From assembly GCA_009694215.1 (NCBI GenBank), contig SHVN01000001.1:32943-96942 (forward strand): a stretch of DNA of 64,000 nt, given 5' to 3'. Positions 38,053 to 46,078 of the stretch are shown here, piece after piece (position 1 is the stretch's first letter; each line of letters begins with the position of its first letter). The notes below the pieces were generated by a model, which worked only from the letters and a program-made list of their open reading frames with translations, was not told the origin of the DNA and searched no databases. This stretch comes from Xanthobacteraceae bacterium (lineage in GTDB: Bacteria > Pseudomonadota > Alphaproteobacteria > Rhizobiales > Xanthobacteraceae). Position numbers and translations under genes: made by a program.

Positions 38053-38185
38053 GCCCTCTCCCCTTGTGGGAGAGGGCAACGCATGCGGTTCAACAGGCTC
38101 GGCCGGGTGAGGGGTCCGGCGCTGACCCCTCACCCGGTCTTTCCGTTGCAGCTCTGAGCTGCCCTCTCCCACAAGGGGAGAGGGC
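38053..38185. repeat. CCCTCTCCC-type palindromic repeat (family C, copy 1), intra-operonic
   Basis: GCCCTCTCCCCTTGTGGGAGAGGGC...GGGTGAGGGG...CCCCTCACCC...GCCCTCTCCCACAAGGGGAGAGGGC. Confidence 0.88.
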
Positions 38186-38188
38186 GCA

Positions 38189-39004
38189 ATGAGCAGCGCC
38201 GAGATCACATCCGAGCTCTCGGAAAGCCATGCGATCCCTCGGCAATGGATCGTGACCGCCGGGCGCATTGCGCTGGCGGTCGCGCTGCTGGCGGCTTGGG
38301 AATGGGGCGCACGCGCCTTCGGACCGCTGTTCTTCGCGCCGCCGCTCGCCACGGCGCAGCGCATTGTCGAGATGGCGGGCAACGGCAAGCTTCTGACCGA
38401 CACGATCGCGACCTTGCGGGTGTCGGTCTTGGGTTTCGTTATCGGCTGCGCCTGCGGCGTCAGCCTGCCGTTTCTGCTGCGGCTGTCGCCGCGCGCTGCG
38501 GAAGCCATCGAGCCGTTCATCATGGCTTCGATGGGAATCCCGAAATACGCGTTGACGCCCTGGCTGATCCTGTGGTTCGGCATCGGCGACGCGCCGAAGG
38601 CGATCGTGGTGACGCTGTTCGTGTTCTACATCGTGTTCATCACGGTGTTTGCCGGCGTCCGTGGCGTCGACCAGCGGCTCATCAACATGGCGCGCATCGT
38701 CGGCGCGAGCGAGCGCACCATCGCGCGCAAGGTGATCTGGATATCGCTGCTGCCGTTCTTCTTCACGGGCCTCAAGGTCGCGCTGCCGCGCGCGGTGAGC
38801 GCCGCCATCGTCGGCGAGTTCCTGGTGGCGGTCGAGGGCATCGGATTCTCCATCGAGCGCGCCCGTCAGCTTTCCGACACCACCGGGGTGTTCGCCGGTA
38901 TCGTCGTCGCGGTGACGCTAGTGCTGATCATCAACGCGGTCGTCAACGCGCTGGAGCGGCGTGCGATGAGATGGCGGCCGACCGACCGGGACATGCAGAT
39001 CTAG
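38189..39004 (+). CDS. ABC transporter permease, NitT/TauT family
   Basis: PKYAL.P..ILWFGIG, ARIVGAS, GEF.....G.G. Confidence 0.9.
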   Translation: MSSAEITSELSESHAIPRQWIVTAGRIALAVALLAAWEWGARAFGPLFFAPPLATAQRIVEMAGNGKLLTDTIATLRVSVLGFVIGCACGVSLPFLLRLSPRAAEAIEPFIMASMGIPKYALTPWLILWFGIGDAPKAIVVTLFVFYIVFITVFAGVRGVDQRLINMARIVGASERTIARKVIWISLLPFFFTGLKVALPRAVSAAIVGEFLVAVEGIGFSIERARQLSDTTGVFAGIVVAVTLVLIINAVVNALERRAMRWRPTDRDMQI

Positions 39005-39014
39005 GGAGCGCGCA

Positions 39015-39845
39015 ATGAGATTGGCGAGCTATGTTGCCGGCGGGAAGGAGTGCTACGGCGTCGTGGTCGGCGACGGCATCGTGACCCTGAAGGGCCACGG
39101 GTCGCTGCGCGAGGCGCTTTCGGCTGGCGCGATAGAGGAGATGCGCAAGGCGTCGGTTGGGACGAAGCCGGACCATATGCTCTCTGACATTCGCTTCCTG
39201 CCGGTGATTCCCAACCCGCATAAAATCCTCTGCGCCGGCGTGAACTACAAATCGCACGCCGCGGAAGTCGGTCGCGAATTGCCGAAGCAGCCGAGCATGT
39301 TCATCCGCTTCACCGACTCGCTTGTTGGCCACGAGGGCGAGATGATCCGTCCCAGGCTTTCGGACAATTTCGACTTCGAGGGCGAGTTGACCATGGTGAT
39401 CGGCAAGGGTGGCCGGCACATCCCGATCGAGCGCGCGCTCGACCACGTCGCCGGCTACACCATCTTCGTCGACGGCAGCGTGCGCGACTACCAGAAGTTC
39501 TCGGTGACCTCCGGCAAGAACTGGCCGGGCACCGGGCCGCTCGGGCCATGGATCGTCACCGCGGACGAAATTCCCGACCCGGGCAAGCTCATGCTGACCA
39601 CGCGGCTCAACGGCCAGCAGGTGCAGCACTCCGGCACCGACAAGCTGATCTATTCCTGTCAGCAGATCGTCAGCTTCTGCTCGGACTTCACCGAACTGCA
39701 TCCCGGCGACGTCATCGCCACCGGCACGCCCGAGGGCGTCGGCCACAGCCGCAAGCCGCCGCTCTGGATGAAGCCCGGCGATGTGCTGGAGGTGGAGATT
39801 TCCGGAATCGGCGTGCTGCGAACGAAGATCGTGGACGAGAAGTAG
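39015..39845 (+). CDS. Fumarylacetoacetate hydrolase family protein
   Basis: KILC.GVNY..H, DFEGEL, GYT...DGSVRDYQ, GKN....PLGPW, L.PGDVIATGTPEGVG. Confidence 0.93.
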   Translation: MRLASYVAGGKECYGVVVGDGIVTLKGHGSLREALSAGAIEEMRKASVGTKPDHMLSDIRFLPVIPNPHKILCAGVNYKSHAAEVGRELPKQPSMFIRFTDSLVGHEGEMIRPRLSDNFDFEGELTMVIGKGGRHIPIERALDHVAGYTIFVDGSVRDYQKFSVTSGKNWPGTGPLGPWIVTADEIPDPGKLMLTTRLNGQQVQHSGTDKLIYSCQQIVSFCSDFTELHPGDVIATGTPEGVGHSRKPPLWMKPGDVLEVEISGIGVLRTKIVDEK

Positions 39846-39848
39846 CCG

Positions 39849-40850
39849 CTATTTCACGAATTCATCCGTATAGAGCCCGTCATACGACTTCAGCTTGTCG
39901 GCGGCCTTCATCATCCCGGCCTCGACGTTGAAATCGTCGGCGTTGTTCAGCGCCTCCTTGGTGACGACCGGCACCTTCGGCGTGGATTTGCGAATTTCTT
40001 CGAACGCCGCCGCGATCAGCTTCGGCTCCAGATTGGAGAATTTCTTGGCCAGGATGGCGATCACGTCCTGCGGATGGGTGTGGACGTAGGCGACCGCCTC
40101 CTTCATCACGCGGCCCATCGCGGCGCAGATGGCCTTTCGTTTCTCGCAGGTTTCCGGCTTCGCCAGGATCACGTTGTAGGCGAAATTGACCGCGTTCGGC
40201 GGATCGCCGTCCGGGCCGCTGGCGATCACGACCGACAGGCCGTCCACCACCGGCTTCAGCGGCCAGGGCGGGCTGTTGGACATGCCGTCGATCTGCTTGG
40301 CCTGGAAGGCCGCCATCATGGCGTTGCCCTCCAGCGCGGTGACGCGGATTTCGTCCGGCTTGACGCCGCCGCGCGAGGCGACCGCCAGGAGATAGGCATG
40401 CGGGTTGGCGTTGATCGCGCCGACGCCGAAGGTCTTGCCGCGCAGCACTTGTGCGCGTTTCTCCAGCGGCGCCTTGGCATCGAAGCCTGCCGCTTCGGCG
40501 ATCTCCTTGCGCATGGTGATCGCGACGACGTTGCGCTCCGCGGTGTTGGCGATGGCTAGGAGCCGCTGGCCCCGTGAAGCGGCGCGCGTCAGCGTCGAGC
40601 CGCCGGCCTGCACGAAATCGGCGGAGCCTGCGATCACCGCGTTGGTTGCACCGACGCCGGCGATCTGGATGATCTTCACCCGCAGCCCGTGCTTGGCCCA
40701 CAGGCCGAGTTCCTCGGCGATGAAGTTCGGCGTTGAGGTGAAGGTGAAGTTCGGCATCGCAATGGTGATGTCCTCCAGCGCCGCGGGCTGCGCCGCGAGC
40801 GGCGCCGTTGCCAGCAGCATAACGGCCGCGGACAGGGCAGGGCGCATCAC
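39849..40850 (-). CDS. ABC substrate-binding protein, NitT/TauT (NMT1-like)
   Basis: Signal peptide; GLW.KHGL.V, G..AVI.GS.DF, LRGKT.GV; paralog of the adjacent gene. Confidence 0.85.
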   Translation of the reverse strand: MMRPALSAAVMLLATAPLAAQPAALEDITIAMPNFTFTSTPNFIAEELGLWAKHGLRVKIIQIAGVGATNAVIAGSADFVQAGGSTLTRAASRGQRLLAIANTAERNVVAITMRKEIAEAAGFDAKAPLEKRAQVLRGKTFGVGAINANPHAYLLAVASRGGVKPDEIRVTALEGNAMMAAFQAKQIDGMSNSPPWPLKPVVDGLSVVIASGPDGDPPNAVNFAYNVILAKPETCEKRKAICAAMGRVMKEAVAYVHTHPQDVIAILAKKFSNLEPKLIAAAFEEIRKSTPKVPVVTKEALNNADDFNVEAGMMKAADKLKSYDGLYTDEFVK

Positions 40851-41851
40851 TGCACGAATTCGTTGGTGAACATGCCGTCGTATGATTTGAGCTTCTCTTC
40901 GGCCTTGAGCAGGCCGGCATCGACGTTGAACTTCTCCGAGTTCTCGATGATGGCGGCGCTGACGCGCGGCGGCGAGGGCGTGACCTTCTTCAACTCCTCG
41001 AACGAGGCGAGCAGCAGCTTGTCGTCGAGTGTCGGGAAGCGCTTCTTCAACAACGCGAAGGCCTCGTCGGGCTTAGTCTTGATGAAGGCCGCGGCGTCCT
41101 TGATCGACTGGCCCATCGCTATGCAGAGCGATTTGCGCTTCTCGCAGGTCTCCTGCTTGGTGACGATCAGGTTGTGACCGAACGGGATCATGTCGCCCGG
41201 CTCGCCGTCCGGTCCGCTGGCGATCAGCAGCGCCTCGCCGTCCTGCACCGCCTTCTGCGGCCACGGCAGCGACATCGCATAGCCGTCGATCTGCTTGCTC
41301 TGGAATGCCGCGAGCATGGAGGCCGGCGCCATCGGCGCAACGCGGATGTCGTCCGGATTGATGCCGGAACGTGCCGCGACCAGCCGTACATAGGCATGGA
41401 TCATGGAATTGATGGAATCGACCGCGATGGTGCGGCCCTTGAGCAGCGCGCCGCGCTTGGCGAGCGGCGATTTCGCATCGTAGCCGCCGGCCTCCGCCAT
41501 CTCCTTGCGCAGCACGATCTGCGCGAACGGCCGGTCGATGGTGGCGGCGATGGCGATGAGCTTCTGGCCGCGGGCGCTGGCGCGGCCGAACGAGCTGGCC
41601 GAGGCCTGCGCGAAATGCGAACTGCCCGAGATCACCGAGTTGATCGCGCCGATGCCGGTGATGGCGACGGTCTTCACCTTGATGCCGTGCTTGCCCCAGA
41701 GGTTGAGATCGCTCGCGATATAGCCCGCAGCGAAGGTTAGGCTGAAGGCCGGGTCGGCGAGGATGATCTCCTCATCCGATTGGGCGGAAACCGGCGTGCT
41801 GCTTGCGGCTGACAACAGGACGGCGGCGATCGCGAAGGTCGGTACTCGCAT
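40847..41851 (-). CDS. ABC substrate-binding protein, NitT/TauT (NMT1-like)
   Basis: Start MRVPTFAI; signal peptide; LKGRTIAV, KQIDG, C-terminal SYDG.FT.EF as in the adjacent paralog. Confidence 0.85.
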   Translation of the reverse strand: MRVPTFAIAAVLLSAASSTPVSAQSDEEIILADPAFSLTFAAGYIASDLNLWGKHGIKVKTVAITGIGAINSVISGSSHFAQASASSFGRASARGQKLIAIAATIDRPFAQIVLRKEMAEAGGYDAKSPLAKRGALLKGRTIAVDSINSMIHAYVRLVAARSGINPDDIRVAPMAPASMLAAFQSKQIDGYAMSLPWPQKAVQDGEALLIASGPDGEPGDMIPFGHNLIVTKQETCEKRKSLCIAMGQSIKDAAAFIKTKPDEAFALLKKRFPTLDDKLLLASFEELKKVTPSPPRVSAAIIENSEKFNVDAGLLKAEEKLKSYDGMFTNEFVQ

Positions 41852-42019
41852 CGAAGTCCTCCCGGCAGATCGAACCGTCTGGATTATGGAGAGGGCGCGG
41901 CGGTCAATCAATGCGCCCCCTGCGGCAATCCTGCCGGGGCGGGCAATTGTCTTCGGCCGTGTGGCAGGGCAGTATCGCGCCACAGCGACAGAACACGCCA
42001 ACGTCGAGGGAGGAAGCCC

Positions 42020-42982
42020 ATGCGTCGATCGATCCTGGCCGCGCTCGCCATCCTGATTGCGGGGACAAGCGCAAGCCTCGCCGTGGAGAAGCTCAAGGTG
42101 GCGATCCCGCAGAAGGGATTCTGGGACAGCTCCTGGGTCGAGTTCGGCGAGGCCGCCGGCTTCTTCAAGGAGGCGGGCCTCGAGATCGAGGTGTTCTACA
42201 CCGAAGGCGGCGCCCAGACCGTAGCCACGGTGGTGTCCGGCAGCGTCGACATCGCCATGTCGAACGGCATCCTCGGCGCGATCGGCGCCTATGTGAAAGG
42301 TGGCGACGCTACGCCCTATCGGATCATCGGCGCTGAAATGACCGGAGCCCACGAGCTGTTCTGGTGGGTCAAGGCCGACAGCCCGATCAAGAGTCTGAAG
42401 GACGCCGACGGCAAGACCGTCGCCTTTTCGTCGCCAGGTTCGTCGTCGAACCTGATCCTGCTCACGCTGCTCAAGCAGGCCGGTTCCAAGGCGAAGCCCA
42501 CTCCCACCGGCGGCGTGCCCGGGACCTATACCCAGACCATGACCGGCCAGATCGACATCGGCTGGTCGGTGGTGCCGTTCGCGTTGAGGGATGTCCAGGA
42601 CGGCAAGATCCGCATCGTCGCCCGCTCAACCGAGGCAAAGGATCTTGCGAACCAGACGATTCGCGTCAACTTGGCTAACGTCAATTCGCTGAAGACCAAG
42701 CGCGAAGCGATCACCAAGTTCATGCAGGTGATCCATAAGTCGATCGATTGGGCCTACACCAATCCGCAGGCGTTCGAGATTTTCGCCAGGAACATGAAGG
42801 TCACGCCGGAACTCGCCAAGCAGGCGGTGGCCGATTTCTATCCCAAGTCGGCGATGCAGCTTGGCGAGATTCGCGATCTCGAACGCTCGCTCCAGGACGC
42901 GCTCGACTTCAAGTTCATTTCGTCGCCGAAAGCGCCCCAGGACATCGCCGGCCTGATGGACATCGTCTACAAGCCGAAATGA
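42020..42982 (+). CDS. ABC substrate-binding protein, NitT/TauT family
   Basis: Signal peptide; QKG.WD, GFFKE.GL, T.GG, GKT.A.S.PGSSS, GQID.GW. Confidence 0.88.
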   Translation: MRRSILAALAILIAGTSASLAVEKLKVAIPQKGFWDSSWVEFGEAAGFFKEAGLEIEVFYTEGGAQTVATVVSGSVDIAMSNGILGAIGAYVKGGDATPYRIIGAEMTGAHELFWWVKADSPIKSLKDADGKTVAFSSPGSSSNLILLTLLKQAGSKAKPTPTGGVPGTYTQTMTGQIDIGWSVVPFALRDVQDGKIRIVARSTEAKDLANQTIRVNLANVNSLKTKREAITKFMQVIHKSIDWAYTNPQAFEIFARNMKVTPELAKQAVADFYPKSAMQLGEIRDLERSLQDALDFKFISSPKAPQDIAGLMDIVYKPK

Positions 42983-43241
42983 GCGACGGAGCGACGCCGG
43001 GTCTGAAGCCAGCTCTGAAGCCAAGTCTCTGGCTTGGCTAATCAATTCGAACCAACATTACGGCGGCGTAACCTACAGGGGTTGCGCCCCCGCGTGACAT
43101 ATCCACAACGCCTCCACAGTATCGCATCGTCGGCCGCGATTTCGATTGGGCCACCCGCCGCGGGTAGATAGTCTTTTTCCATGCTGCGCGGCGCGTTCTC
43201 GCCGGGATGCTCCGTTTTTCCTTGTGTTCGAGCGAGTCCGC

Positions 43242-44735
43242 ATGCGTCCGCCGGCGTCGCAGCGTCCAGTATTGTGCAGTCGCATCCGGCGCCTCGCGGC
43301 GACGGCTATGATCGTTGCCTTGGCGCAGCCGTTGGCCGGCTGCCTGTTGCACGACGAGAACACCCCCGCCTCCATCGATATCCCGAAGACCTATCGTGCC
43401 GGGCCGCGCAACGCGGACGCGGCGCTTCCTTCAGTCGTGTGGTGGCGCGGCTTCGGCTCCAAGGAGCTCACCGATCTGATCGAGGAATCGCTGACCTCCA
43501 ATTTCGACGTCGCCGTCGCCGTCGCCCGCATCGTCCAGGCCGACGCGAATTCACGCATTGCCGGGGCGCCGCTGCTGCCGGTCGTTGATCTCAACGGCGG
43601 CACCAGCCGCTCGACCTCATCGCTGACCACCGGCACCGCCAGCGGGAGCCCCAGGACCTATATCAATCGCTACAGCGTCTCGCTCAGCGCGACCTACGAG
43701 ATCGACTTCTGGGGCAAGAACCGCGCGGCGCTGCGCGCGGCCGAGGAAACCGCCGTCGCCAGCCGCTACGACCGCGAGGTGGTGGCGCTCACCACCGTCG
43801 TCAGCGTGGCCACCTCCTACTTCCAGGTGTTGGCGGTGCAGGACCGGCTGCGCATCGCGCGCGACAACCTGGCCGCCGCCACGCGCGTCTTCAATCTGAT
43901 CAAGCAGCGTTTCGACGTCGGCACTGCATCCGCGCTCGACACCGCGCAGCAGGAAAGCATCGTCAACACCCAGCGCGCTTCGATCCCGCCGCTGGAGCAG
44001 ATCGTGCGGCAGAACGCCGCCACGCTTGCCGTGCTGATCGGCCGCACGCCGGAGTCCGTCGGCATCCGCGGCGGCAGCATGGCGCGGCTCCGAATCCCGC
44101 CGGTGACGCCCGGGCTGCCTTCCGACCTGATCGGCCAGCGGCCGGATATTCGCGAGGCCGAGGCGCAGCTCGCATCCGCCAACGCCAATGTCTATTCCGC
44201 GCGCGCGGCCATGTTTCCCAGCATCCAGTTGACCGGCGAGGGTGGCTATCAGAGCGCGATCTTCCGCACGCTGCTGAAGCCGGAGTCGGCGTTCTTCAGT
44301 GTCGCGGCCGGCCTGACGCAGCCGATCCTTGACGGCGCGCGGCTGCAGGGCCAGCTCGATCTCCGGGTCGGCGTGCAGGACGAACTGCTGCAGCTTTACC
44401 GCAAAGCTATCGTTAACGGCTTTGCCGATGTGGAACGCGCGCTCATCGCGATGCAGCAAACCGCGCTGCGCGAACGCCTGCAACGCGAGGTCGTGAGAAG
44501 CTCGCGGACGGCTTTCGACATCTCGGAGACGAGGCTGCGAGAGGGCACAATCGACCTGGTCACCCTGCTCAACACGCAACAGACGTTGTTCCAGGCCCAG
44601 GACACGCTGGCGCTGGCCCAGTTGGATCGCCTGGTGGCGGTGGTGGGCCTGTTCCAGGCGCTCGGCGGCGGCTGGCAGAAACCCAAGGCGGACGGGCCCG
44701 TCAACCCCGATTCGGCAGAGCCTGTAAGGCCCTGA
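43242..44735 (+). CDS. RND efflux outer membrane lipoprotein, NodT/TolC family
   Basis: Lipobox LAGC, WW..F.S.EL..LI, YEIDFWG, PS.L..QRPDI..AE, LFQALGGGW; start uncertain. Confidence 0.9.
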   Translation: MRPPASQRPVLCSRIRRLAATAMIVALAQPLAGCLLHDENTPASIDIPKTYRAGPRNADAALPSVVWWRGFGSKELTDLIEESLTSNFDVAVAVARIVQADANSRIAGAPLLPVVDLNGGTSRSTSSLTTGTASGSPRTYINRYSVSLSATYEIDFWGKNRAALRAAEETAVASRYDREVVALTTVVSVATSYFQVLAVQDRLRIARDNLAAATRVFNLIKQRFDVGTASALDTAQQESIVNTQRASIPPLEQIVRQNAATLAVLIGRTPESVGIRGGSMARLRIPPVTPGLPSDLIGQRPDIREAEAQLASANANVYSARAAMFPSIQLTGEGGYQSAIFRTLLKPESAFFSVAAGLTQPILDGARLQGQLDLRVGVQDELLQLYRKAIVNGFADVERALIAMQQTALRERLQREVVRSSRTAFDISETRLREGTIDLVTLLNTQQTLFQAQDTLALAQLDRLVAVVGLFQALGGGWQKPKADGPVNPDSAEPVRP

Positions 44736-44833
44736 ACGCACGTTAAGAATGCCCATGAAATATACGTAATGTGCTGTGAATCTGGCGGCCGCGCCGTTAT
44801 CTATGGAGGCGCTGAGACTCAGGCCGACTGGAG

Positions 44834-46078
44834 ATGGCGATTAGACGACGATCGATCGCAACTGCCCTCGTTGCCCTCGTTCTGATTGGGGCTGCCGCCT
44901 ACTGGTGGCAGCAACCCGCAAGGCAACAGCAGCCGCGCTTTGGCCGCGGGGGTGGCGACGACGGACCGGTCCCGGTCATCGCCGCGCTGGCCCAGCGTGC
45001 TGACGTGCCGGTCTATCTCGACGGCGTTGGCACCATCAGGGCCCTGAATACCGTCACCGTGCGGCCGCAGGTTGAAGGCCGCCTGCTCAGCGTCAACTAC
45101 ACCGAAGGCCAGCAGGTCGACAGCGGCTACGTGCTGGCGAAGATCGATCCCACCACCTATCAGGCCGCCTACGATCAGGTGGTGGCGAAGAAGGCGCTGG
45201 ACGAAGCGACGCTTGCCAACGCGCGACTCGATCTCGAACGTTACGTCAAGCTGTCAGCGAGCAATTCGATCGCGCGCCAGCAGCTCGACACCCAGAAAGC
45301 CCTGGTGGCGCAGCTCGAGGCGCAGGTGAAGCTCGACCAGGCACAGATCGACAACGCCAAGGCGATCCTCGACTACACCACTATCACTGCGCCGATCTCC
45401 GGCCGCACCGGCATCCGCGTCGTGGACCAGGGCAATATCGTGCGTGCGTCGGACTCGAACGGCATTGTCGTCATCACGCAGCTCCAGCCAATCTCGATCC
45501 TGTTCACCTTGCCGCAGCAGCAGCTCGGCGACGTCAACCGCGCATTCGCCAAGGGCGCGCTGCCGGTGGAGGTCTTTGGGGCGGACAACAAGACGGTGGT
45601 CGAGCAGGGTGAACTCAAGGTCGTGGACAACCAGGTCGATCCTGCGACCGGCACGATCAAGCTCAAAGCCGAGTTTGCCAATCGCGATCTGCAGCTTTGG
45701 CCGGGCGCTTTCGTCAACGTCCGGCTTCTGGTCAACACGCTCAAGCAGATGGTGGTCGCGCCGACGGCGGCCGTGCAGCGCGGGCCGGCCGGCACGTTCG
45801 TCTATGTCGTGCAGCAGGACAACAAGGTTGCGGTGCGGCCGGTTACGGTTGTGCAGCAGGACGAGGTCCAGGCCGTCATCGCCAAGGGCCTGGAAGCGGA
45901 TGAGCGCGTGGTGACCACCGGGTTTGCGCGGCTCACGGCCGACGCGGCGGTGACGGTGACCAAGGCCGAGTCGGCGCCGTCGCCCGACGCACAGCCTGTC
46001 CAGCCGCGGCGCGAACGCCGGCGCGGCGCCGGTCAGGGGCAACAGCGTTCCGAGGCCAGTCCGAGCCCGCGGCAATGA
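44834..46078 (+). CDS. mdtA: RND efflux periplasmic adaptor, MdtA-like
   Basis: N-terminal TM, DVPVYL.G.GT..A.NTV.VR.QV.G, I.API.GR.G.R.VD.GN, DNQVD..TGT.KLKA.F.N. Confidence 0.85.
   Translation: MAIRRRSIATALVALVLIGAAAYWWQQPARQQQPRFGRGGGDDGPVPVIAALAQRADVPVYLDGVGTIRALNTVTVRPQVEGRLLSVNYTEGQQVDSGYVLAKIDPTTYQAAYDQVVAKKALDEATLANARLDLERYVKLSASNSIARQQLDTQKALVAQLEAQVKLDQAQIDNAKAILDYTTITAPISGRTGIRVVDQGNIVRASDSNGIVVITQLQPISILFTLPQQQLGDVNRAFAKGALPVEVFGADNKTVVEQGELKVVDNQVDPATGTIKLKAEFANRDLQLWPGAFVNVRLLVNTLKQMVVAPTAAVQRGPAGTFVYVVQQDNKVAVRPVTVVQQDEVQAVIAKGLEADERVVTTGFARLTADAAVTVTKAESAPSPDAQPVQPRRERRRGAGQGQQRSEASPSPRQ

Noticed and set aside
42981-43023. Short direct repeats GAGCGACG x2 and TCTGAAGCCA x2
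   Set aside because: Only two copies each; likely slippage or chance, no supportable function.
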